From an uncultured bacterium (GTDB taxonomy: Bacteria > Patescibacteriota > Minisyncoccia > Phycocordibacterales > PALSA-1337): 64,000 nt of DNA. The notes under the pieces were generated by a model, which saw only the letters and a program-made list of their open reading frames with translations, was not told where the DNA came from and ran no database searches. The stretch's first letter is position 1. Each line of letters opens with the position of its first letter. The stretch covers positions 3,558-67,557 of the forward strand of contig CAIMDG010000001.1 of assembly GCA_903839725.1 (NCBI GenBank). The letters are read 5' to 3'. Shown piece after piece: positions 56,537 through 64,000 of the stretch. Made by a program: the position numbers and the translations under genes.

Positions 56537-58159
56537 TTACTTGGTGCCGATCTTGGCCGGTTTGGCCTCAATCATCTTGGGCAGGAATTCATGGTGAACT
56601 GCCGCTCTGCAGGCGCCAAGAAATCCTTCGTGGCCGAAGTAAGCTTTGTCGTTCTCGTCGAGTTCGACAGGACTTCCCGGAAGACACTCAATCGAGAGCT
56701 GTGCCGCCAAGTTGTCTTTTTCGGTGGCACCTTCGAAGGCAACGCCAATCACAGGGATTTCGGGATGATCGAGCAAACAGAGTTCACTTTTCACGATTCC
56801 CGGCAAGGCTGCAGCCATTCCTGCACCAGCGATGACGATGTCAGCTTTGGTGAGGACGTCTTTGACAAACTTGCGGAGTTCGGTCGGATTCCGGTGGCAG
56901 CTGATGACACTGATATTTGCTGACGAGACACCGCCCAATAAGACCATTCCTTCGTGGACTTGTGGCAGATCGCTTTCGCTACCGACCACAATTTCGATTC
57001 GGCGTTTCGGAGCTTCGACATTGATGCCCAGTTTCTGACTTTGATATCTTTCGATCTGCATGTCGGTCAAACGCCAGGAAATATAGCGATAGATCCGGGT
57101 AGTCATGTCGATGACTGATGGCCAGACTTCGAGACCGTCCACAAATGCAAGGTCAGTCGGATTTTCTGGATCAAGTCCGTCGGTTACTCCGACACTTTTG
57201 CCCCATTCACGCACATGTTGCTTGTCGAATGAAGGAGGAAGTTTGCCTTTGGCTTGAGCCTTTGCCCAAGCTTTGGCATCCCAAAACCGGCTGGAGTCAG
57301 GTGTGCCTTTTTCGTCGGCGAGGATGATCTCACCACTACGAAACGTGTCCACGCTGAACTCGAACTTCGAGTCAGCCAAGATGATGCCGCATTTCGCTGC
57401 GTGCGCAGAGATTGCACCGGCAACTTGTAAGGACAACCGTTCACGTCTGGCACCGTCGCGTTTGGCCACGGTATCAGCTGGAATGCTTTTGTCATGCCCA
57501 ACAACAGCTTTTGTTGTTGGTGTGTAGAGAGGGTATGGAAGTTTGTTTCCATCAAACAACCCTTTCGGCAATGGATATTCGAAAGCCATGCCGTTTTCCT
57601 TGTAACTTTTCCAACCATTGCCGGTCAGATAGAGACGGACGATGTCTTCGATGTCAGGGGACGGAACGATACGAACCACGGCTGCCCGTTTTTGAAGTTC
57701 CGGATTATTCCACAGTGCCTCCGGCAAAAATTCATCGATGCGGGAGCCGGCGGCGATGAAGTCAGTTTGACAGATGCCGGGCAAAACTTGATTGGTCCAG
57801 AAATGATTCAACGCGGTCAGGATTTGACCCTTGAGAGGAATCAACGTTGGCAGGACGAAATCAAAGATGCTGCAGCGGTCAGAGGCGACGACGAGCATCT
57901 TGTCTTGATGTCCAGGCAATCCATATGAATCACGGACTTTGCCGCGATGGATAAGATTGAGGCCGGGAATGAGGGGTTGTTTCTCGATTACTGACGCAGG
58001 GATGTGAGGCATATGTTTCGGTATTTCATTGTTGGGTGCTTGCATATCTCGCCATGAGGTATGCACTAGTTTCAATACTACATGTATGTATAAAAAAGGC
58101 AAAGATATAAAAACCCCATCGCTCGCGAGCGATGGGGTGGTATGTGGTCGGTTGGTCAA
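56537..58159 (-). CDS. Bifunctional SAICAR synthetase (PurC, long/ADE1-like form) fused to an AIR carboxylase/PurE domain (PAICS-like order)
   Basis: N-terminus LIHRGKVRDSY...DRCSIFDF...TPDSSRFW (PurC). C-terminus IEIVVGSESDLPQV...ISCHRNP...IVIAGAGMAAALPGIV...IPVIGVAFEG (PurE). True start probably ~58045. Confidence 0.8.
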   Translation of the reverse strand: MTNRPHTTPSLASDGVFISLPFLYIHVVLKLVHTSWRDMQAPNNEIPKHMPHIPASVIEKQPLIPGLNLIHRGKVRDSYGLPGHQDKMLVVASDRCSIFDFVLPTLIPLKGQILTALNHFWTNQVLPGICQTDFIAAGSRIDEFLPEALWNNPELQKRAAVVRIVPSPDIEDIVRLYLTGNGWKSYKENGMAFEYPLPKGLFDGNKLPYPLYTPTTKAVVGHDKSIPADTVAKRDGARRERLSLQVAGAISAHAAKCGIILADSKFEFSVDTFRSGEIILADEKGTPDSSRFWDAKAWAKAQAKGKLPPSFDKQHVREWGKSVGVTDGLDPENPTDLAFVDGLEVWPSVIDMTTRIYRYISWRLTDMQIERYQSQKLGINVEAPKRRIEIVVGSESDLPQVHEGMVLLGGVSSANISVISCHRNPTELRKFVKDVLTKADIVIAGAGMAAALPGIVKSELCLLDHPEIPVIGVAFEGATEKDNLAAQLSIECLPGSPVELDENDKAYFGHEGFLGACRAAVHHEFLPKMIEAKPAKIGTK

Positions 58160-59754
58160 TTGACTGACCTCATGATTTCTTTGAGCTTCTGACGACCATG
58201 CTCAGGTATCTGCAGGTCATTCATGTCGAAGAAATACAAGCGCACCATTTGTGGAAATGTCATGATGCTTTCAATTTCCTCAGCATCCTTCGGACGTGCT
58301 TCTGCAAAGGTGCATGTCCTGTTGTTCTTACGAACGAGGAATTTGTGAACACCATTGCCAGTAACTGACTTGAAGGCGTCAATGATGACGACCATTGATG
58401 GGTCAGCATCGAATTCTCGGGCTCGCCTGGTTGCCGAAGCAACGTCAGGATATTCTTCAATCCGTGAATTTTCAAGATTGTGGAATCGTCCCATCATCGA
58501 ATAGGTGCCGAGCACCTCATCAATTTTGCGTTCGATCCAGTAATCCTGTTGTTCGAGGAGTTCCTTGAGAGTAACGAACTTATTCTCGTAAAGGTATTTC
58601 ACAACACCTTTACCGATCAGATATTCAAAGAATCGGCTATACGGGTTGTAATACAAGCCACGGAACATCAAGGCGCGAAGTTTGAGAAACTGAGAAACTC
58701 GGTCGATGTTTCCAAAGACCAGAGAACCTTTGCATAGTCTCGCGCTTTCCCAGAGAGCACATACATATGGATCATTGCTGACGATGTCGGCAACGGTGTA
58801 GAGGTTTGTGTTACGGGCATCTTTCTTCGCTCCCGTTCTCATGAGGTAAGCGTTCACATCGCGGGCTAAGTATGAACTTTTGTCCGCAACGTCGAGAATG
58901 CGTCCAAGCAAGCCCTCTCCGAGAATCGTTTTGACCAAGATGTCTCGATCAATGTTGAAACGCTGACGGTATTCTTCCCATACATCACCGACGAGTAGTT
59001 CTGGAAAGTGTGCGTCTTCGTCGAACATGGCAGGATCGATAAGTTTGACGGAATCACCACCAGCTGGGGTGAGTGCGTCGTGACTGATTCCTGCCGTGTT
59101 CACAATATTCGATGACTGTTCATCCAGCTTGATGTTTGTAGCAATAATATTTGCTACGGCGTGAACATCGAGCACGTGACAATAGCGGGTATGCTCGAAC
59201 ATGAGAGCGCCAACCGAACGGTCGTGCTCCTTGAGAACCGGATCATGCAAGAAGCTCAATTGCTTGATTCCCGAAAGACGATGAAGGTTGAAAACCTGTA
59301 TCGCATCGGACGCCATACCTGTATCAGGTAGAACATAGCCAAAACCCATGAAAGGGAATTTGGGCACTATCGCAAGCGGATCAGTTCCTTCAGTTATTGC
59401 ATAACTGTATCGGAGATATCTGCGAGCAAATGGTGGTAAAGCGTTCATCCAATACGGTTCATATTTTGTATCCAGTAAGTGGAATGGATCTTCGCGCGGA
59501 ATGAAGTGTGAACCAGAGTGGTTCATGGTGAGGTGTAGCATCTCAAGATTGAGTAAGCCAGACCTCCAATCACCCGAATTAAGAGTAGGAATTGTCTTTG
59601 ATTGCGCCAGCTTTTTGAACCAACGCTGTTTGGGCAACCACTTGGCCAATTTGCCAAGATCTTGCGGTCTCAAATTTTTGTTTGAGAGATACGCCACGTT
59701 TCCAACAATGGAAACACCAGCACCGTCATACATAGATTGTATGGAATGTCTCAT
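58156..59754 (-). CDS. HD-domain phosphohydrolase of the dGTPase/SAMHD1-like dNTP triphosphohydrolase type
   Basis: FNLHRLSGIKQLSF (cf. FQRLRYIKQLG), MFEHTRYCHVLDVH (cf. RFEHSLGV), AGISHDALTP (HD). Its stop overlaps the purC-E start region. Confidence 0.6.
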   Translation of the reverse strand: MRHSIQSMYDGAGVSIVGNVAYLSNKNLRPQDLGKLAKWLPKQRWFKKLAQSKTIPTLNSGDWRSGLLNLEMLHLTMNHSGSHFIPREDPFHLLDTKYEPYWMNALPPFARRYLRYSYAITEGTDPLAIVPKFPFMGFGYVLPDTGMASDAIQVFNLHRLSGIKQLSFLHDPVLKEHDRSVGALMFEHTRYCHVLDVHAVANIIATNIKLDEQSSNIVNTAGISHDALTPAGGDSVKLIDPAMFDEDAHFPELLVGDVWEEYRQRFNIDRDILVKTILGEGLLGRILDVADKSSYLARDVNAYLMRTGAKKDARNTNLYTVADIVSNDPYVCALWESARLCKGSLVFGNIDRVSQFLKLRALMFRGLYYNPYSRFFEYLIGKGVVKYLYENKFVTLKELLEQQDYWIERKIDEVLGTYSMMGRFHNLENSRIEEYPDVASATRRAREFDADPSMVVIIDAFKSVTGNGVHKFLVRKNNRTCTFAEARPKDAEEIESIMTFPQMVRLYFFDMNDLQIPEHGRQKLKEIMRSVN

Positions 59755-59906
59755 AATTTTATTTCAACTGTTTGTTTTCTATTTTGAAATTACATCAAAT
59801 ATCGCATATTGTCAAATTATTTTTTGATGTCAATGGTGTAAAAATTTAATATAAAATCGCTCAGAACTTTCGTTACTGGGCGACTGAATCGAATACGACT
59901 TTGAGA

Positions 59907-60650
59907 TTAGGCTTTGAGGCCGAGGACGTCTTGCATGGAATACAGGCCAGGTTCACGGTTGATGACCCACTGCGCAGCGCGTAATGCGCCGGTCGCAAAT
60001 GTGTCACGGCTAGTAGCCTTGTGTGCGAGTTCCACACGTTCGCCGGTATTGGCGAAGATGACTGTATGATCACCGACAACATCACCACCGCGAATGGCAT
60101 GAATGCCAATCTCATTGTGCGTGCGTTCGCCGGTGATACCCTGGCGACCGTGCCGGAGAGCATCCTTGAGTTGCAAATTGCGGACATTACCCAGAATTTC
60201 AAGCAGGGTAGTCGCTGTGCCACTTGGCGCATCTTTCTTGAGACGATGATGCATTTCGATGACTTCGAGATCGAAGTCCGGACCGAGAATTTCCGCGGCT
60301 TTGCGAGTGAGCCAGAAGAGAGTGTTCACACCAGTCGAGAAGTTTGTGGCTTTCACCATCGGAATCTTCTTCGTCTGGTCGATGATGAGCTTGTTTTCTT
60401 CCGCCGTATGGCCGGTGGTGCCGGTTACCAGAGGTTTGTTATTTTCGGCACACAGTTCCGCGATTCGCGGCGTGATGAGATGAGAGCTGAAATCAATCAC
60501 CAGATCGCAATCTCTGATAAAACCAGCATTTGCGAAATCGCTAGTTGCGTCATCAATACGCCAGGCAATCTCCATTTCAGGCGTTTTTGCCGCACATGCA
60601 CTGATCGCTTGTCCCATACGACCACTTGCCCCGACGAGTGTTATTTTCAT
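59907..60650 (-). CDS. dapB: 4-hydroxy-tetrahydrodipicolinate reductase
   Basis: MKITLVGASGRMG. EMHHRLKKDAPSGTA (cf. EAHHRHKVDAPSGTA). GERVELAHKATSRDTFA. Confidence 0.9.
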   Translation of the reverse strand: MKITLVGASGRMGQAISACAAKTPEMEIAWRIDDATSDFANAGFIRDCDLVIDFSSHLITPRIAELCAENNKPLVTGTTGHTAEENKLIIDQTKKIPMVKATNFSTGVNTLFWLTRKAAEILGPDFDLEVIEMHHRLKKDAPSGTATTLLEILGNVRNLQLKDALRHGRQGITGERTHNEIGIHAIRGGDVVGDHTVIFANTGERVELAHKATSRDTFATGALRAAQWVINREPGLYSMQDVLGLKA

Positions 60651-60818
60651 ACGTTTATTCTCCGAGTTAATGAGCTTATCACTGGTATGTGCTCAGTGTG
60701 TCGAGCTTTTGTTGTGGATGCAGTGACACATCCTATGTTTGAAATCTAGTCTTTTTCAGGGAAAAGTCAATGAAAAACCGCCAACAAACTGACGGTTAGT
60801 CATTTGGCTGGCGGTTGG

Positions 60819-61184
60819 TTATATCCGATGTATCCGCATTCTTTTGCCAACGTGTTTGATCACGTCAGCAAGGAAGCGTTCGTAGGAACGACGGATATTT
60901 GGCCCATAGCTGCGAGGTTTTTTTAAATCCAGTGCATGGTGTAATTCGCGCAGAGCTTCCATTGCACGATATTTCCAGGCGTTCGGGAAATATAAACTAT
61001 TCCTCAGGGCCTCCCGACGTTTGCTGATGATTTCGAGATGTGTGCCGTCAACTCCAGGGACATCCCATTTTTCTTTGCCGTCGAGAAAGTTGTGTAGGCG
61101 ATAGGGGTTTTTCTTTCGTGTGCTACTCCATCCATAAAGGAGTGCAACGACCTCTTCGGTGGTGAATGTGGCTTCTTTTTTCAT
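60819..61184 (-). CDS. Hypothetical basic protein (121 aa)
   Basis: Intact ORF. No motif. Confidence 0.3.
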   Translation of the reverse strand: MKKEATFTTEEVVALLYGWSSTRKKNPYRLHNFLDGKEKWDVPGVDGTHLEIISKRREALRNSLYFPNAWKYRAMEALRELHHALDLKKPRSYGPNIRRSYERFLADVIKHVGKRMRIHRI

Positions 61185-61358
61185 AAGTAGTATGTCAAAT
61201 AACTATTGTTATATATATATCATATATTATTGTATATGTCAAATACAATGAAGCTTATAATGTATATGTTGCAAGACTCCCAATACTTTCAAACACTCTT
61301 GAAAAAACAATAATACGTATGAGATAATATAATCATTATTATATAAACAATACGTATT

Positions 61359-61799
61359 ATGACTGAGTCGTTTGATGCATTAGATATGAATAGAAAGTCA
61401 TCGCGCGAAATAGCGGATGAATTTGTACCCGTGGAGGAGATTCCGGATACTGGACAATTAACTCCTCTTGAAGCATTGATTGCAAAAGAATCTCAAGAAC
61501 TAGAGGTAGAGCAAAATGAATCCGAAGAAGGTGTTGATCCTCATGATCTTACGAGAGCTCCTTCATACGTACTTAAGGATACCGATAGCATGGAACAATT
61601 TGCAGATGTGCCCGGAAGTGAAGTTCCTGACAGAACAGCAGAGATTGCAGAAGGAATTGATGGTATTTTGCTAAAAGGTAAAAAGACAGTTGTTGATAGG
61701 ATAAATCAAAGTCATGGTGTAAGAGGGAAAGTTCCTCCAAGCAAAAATCGTATGAGTCAAAAATTGAACAGTGTCGAAGGAAAACCTGGAAACAATTAA
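61359..61799 (+). CDS. Hypothetical acidic protein (146 aa)
   Basis: Intact ORF after a very AT-rich divergent intergenic region (61185-61358). Confidence 0.3.
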   Translation: MTESFDALDMNRKSSREIADEFVPVEEIPDTGQLTPLEALIAKESQELEVEQNESEEGVDPHDLTRAPSYVLKDTDSMEQFADVPGSEVPDRTAEIAEGIDGILLKGKKTVVDRINQSHGVRGKVPPSKNRMSQKLNSVEGKPGNN

Positions 61800-61926
61800 T
61801 ATACAAACAAAAATCGCTCAACACATTGCTGTTGAGCGATTTTTGTTGGGTAACATGATATTGATTTGCATGTACCCATGCACAAGGTATAGTTGAGAAG
61901 TCAGAGGACCTTGAAAATTAAAATCT

Positions 61927-63285
61927 ATGAACAATTATCCCAAACATTATTGTGGCATTTTCGGCATCAAAGGACAGCCGAAGGCGGCAGAATCGGTGTA
62001 TCGTGGGTTATTTGCTCTTCAACATCGCGGTGAAGAGAGTTGCGGTATTGTGAGTTGTGAACCTAGTGCTGAGAAGGTTTCTTTTTACGAGCACAAAGGC
62101 GTAGGACTCGTGTCGCAGGTTATTAGCGAAAGCGTTTTACGTATTCTGAAGGGTTCTATGGCCATCGGTCACAATCGTTACTCGACAACCGGGGGCACGG
62201 GGTTACAAAATGCTCAGCCTCTATCTATTCTCTACAAGAACGGGCGAATCGCTCTGGCTCATAATGGAAATCTTACCAATACGAATGCTTTGCGAACTCA
62301 GTTGGAGCAAAGCGGGGCAGTATTTTTGACAACGACAGACAGTGAAGTCATGTTGCACCTCATTGCCCGTTCGAATGGTTCAATCGAAGAAGCTATTCTC
62401 GACATGATGGATCAAGTCGAAGGGGCGTATTCGTTGGTTATCATGACCGAGGACAAATTGATCTGTGTGCGTGATCCACACGGGTTTCGACCTTTGTCAG
62501 TCGGCATCTTGAATGGTGCACAGATTGTGTCGAGCGAAACGTGTGCATTCGATATTCTCGGAGCACATTTTGTGAGGGATGTTGAACCTGGCGAAATCAT
62601 CGTTTTCAAAGACGGTGAAATTCAAACTCTTAAATCTCGCAAGAAAGCACCTAAAAGTTTGTGTTCATTTTGCGGAATTTACTTTGCGAAACCAGACAGC
62701 TATCTCGAAGGAAGAGACGTATATAGCCTTCGAATTGCCATGGGCAAGAAATTGGCCGAAGAACATCCTTCTATTCAAGCTGATATGGTAATCCCTATGC
62801 CTGATGGCGGTATTTGTGCCGCACTCGGGTATTCGAGAGCAACCGGTTTTCTTTACGAACCGATCCTCATTCGGAATCACTACATTGGGAGAAGTTTCAT
62901 TAAGCCCAGTCAACTCGAAAGACAGATTGCGGCAAACTTCAAACTTAATCTGATTGCAGGATTGGTCAAAGGGAAGCGAGTGGTTATCATCGATGACTCA
63001 ATCGTTCGTGGAGTTACCAGTCAAGCGCGGGTTAAAAAATTCAAAGAAGCCGGCGCGAGTTGGGTGGGTATGCTCATCAGTTGTCCTCCTCATAAACATC
63101 GGTGCCCTTATGGAATCGATTTTCCCGATCGGGAGGATCTCATTGCCAATCAACTGGACCTTGAAGGAATCAGGAAGACTCTCGGTCTTGATTATCTCGG
63201 GTATCTTTCAGAAGCCGGACTCATCGAAGTTCTGGGCGATGGTCACTGCTTGGCTTGCTTCAATGGCAAATACCCGGCAGGTTAA
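61927..63285 (+). CDS. purF: Amidophosphoribosyltransferase
   Basis: MNNYPKHY|CGIFGI has a propeptide before the catalytic Cys (Ntn). The PRTase motif VVIIDDSIVRGVTS is present. Confidence 0.9.
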   Translation: MNNYPKHYCGIFGIKGQPKAAESVYRGLFALQHRGEESCGIVSCEPSAEKVSFYEHKGVGLVSQVISESVLRILKGSMAIGHNRYSTTGGTGLQNAQPLSILYKNGRIALAHNGNLTNTNALRTQLEQSGAVFLTTTDSEVMLHLIARSNGSIEEAILDMMDQVEGAYSLVIMTEDKLICVRDPHGFRPLSVGILNGAQIVSSETCAFDILGAHFVRDVEPGEIIVFKDGEIQTLKSRKKAPKSLCSFCGIYFAKPDSYLEGRDVYSLRIAMGKKLAEEHPSIQADMVIPMPDGGICAALGYSRATGFLYEPILIRNHYIGRSFIKPSQLERQIAANFKLNLIAGLVKGKRVVIIDDSIVRGVTSQARVKKFKEAGASWVGMLISCPPHKHRCPYGIDFPDREDLIANQLDLEGIRKTLGLDYLGYLSEAGLIEVLGDGHCLACFNGKYPAG

Positions 63286-63416
63286 AAGTCGTCGCACATC
63301 TATCGTCAGTCAGTCTCTTGGCCGCCACTCAGTAGTGGTGGCCATTTTATTTGGTGTACAAAAAGAGGCAACGAAATGTTCGTTGCCTTGTAATGAGTTC
63401 AAATTAGCTGCTTCGA

Positions 63417-63878
63417 CTATTTTTGCGGTTCATTGATTCCCATAAGGATCATAGACGGACCATCAATCGGAACATTGAGTCGAACAATGTTCCAATCTTC
63501 GCAAAGCGCGTAATAACCTGTGTGATCCGAGTCCGAAATGTGAGGAAAGCGAATCAAAATTTCAACACCGAGAATCGCTTGCATTGCCCGGATGTGCGAT
63601 CTTTTAAGGTCGATCCGTTGGGTAACTTTTTTCCGGGCTTCAGGGCTATCTTGCTTTTCGACAAGCAGTTGTAGGCGCCCCGTTTCTTCAATTGTTGTCT
63701 TCAGAAGGTTGAACATGCGGATGACTGTGATGTCAGCCACACCAATGATTACTGAACCAGGCGGCGGCGGACATAGCGGATGTGTCCATTCATTTTTGTC
63801 ACTAATGAGCGCCAACTGAAAGTCGTTCATGAAACTACTTGGAGGAGCAGATGATGGTTTCGTGTCCATAGGCTTCAA
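63417..63878 (-). CDS. Hypothetical protein (153 aa)
   Basis: Intact ORF. No motif. Confidence 0.3.
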   Translation of the reverse strand: MKPMDTKPSSAPPSSFMNDFQLALISDKNEWTHPLCPPPPGSVIIGVADITVIRMFNLLKTTIEETGRLQLLVEKQDSPEARKKVTQRIDLKRSHIRAMQAILGVEILIRFPHISDSDHTGYYALCEDWNIVRLNVPIDGPSMILMGINEPQK

Positions 63879-64000
63879 CTATTTTTGGTTTTTGGATAGA
63901 GGTTACTGTTTGGGCCTCTGTTGGCCGTTTCTCAGAAGACACATGATATCCTCAGAGAAACGGCTAACTACCAAAGCTATTTCAAATAACGAATATAGAT

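Overview
This window reads as a small-genome, AT-rich (roughly 38-42% GC backbone) bacterium, most plausibly CPR/Patescibacteria-like. The lineage call is an inference from the gene content: core genes are compact, many secreted proteins carry peptidoglycan-binding domains, and there is a type IV pilus locus with minimal pilins. The standard genetic code is in use, since all conserved genes are intact and end on TAA/TAG/TGA.

The core housekeeping backbone is pheS-pheT, gyrB, hsp20, tsaD, mscL, trxB, ftsZ/ftsA, ybeY, rpsU, hisS, lepB, uppP, rnr and dapB. Three tRNAs are present: Val, Glu and Ser.

The window is a GC mosaic. Clearly GC-richer segments (about 50-55%) are 8.6-9.7 kb, 14.0-15.0 kb, 44.2-48.0 kb and 50.4-63.3 kb. 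The last carries a partial de novo purine pathway (purF, purL large form, purN, purM and a purC-purE fusion) plus an HD-domain dNTPase-like gene.

Other blocks are a type IV pilus locus (pilB-like ATPase, pilC, several tiny pilins, a major pilin, and an embedded exonuclease) and a mannoside-utilisation cluster (three GH130 phosphorylase domains, a eukaryote-type phosphomannomutase, a cupin isomerase). A secreted thermonuclease is followed by an overlapping MazF-like toxin gene. Two tandem M14 peptidase paralogs are also present.

The main structures not explained by genes are two families of hairpin elements. One is a 3-copy, roughly 125-130 bp palindrome whose arms co-vary between copies and whose conserved 38-nt loop carries promoter-like hexamers; the loop is inverted in one copy. 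Two of these copies also share an ~85-nt leader upstream of pilus genes. The other is a 2-copy hairpin with a GC-rich structured loop in the ftsZ-ftsA and tsaD-proximal intergenic regions.

Smaller irregularities include a GxxExxY nuclease-family gene with an in-frame stop flanked by 46-bp inverted repeats wedged between convergent gyrB and hsp20, a tRNA-Glu 3'-end duplication (integration scar), a frameshifted SLOG-like gene, and a 450-nt GC-rich noncoding stretch. No rRNA or CRISPR array is present.

Coordinates of non-CDS features are hand-counted and may be off by 1-2 nt.
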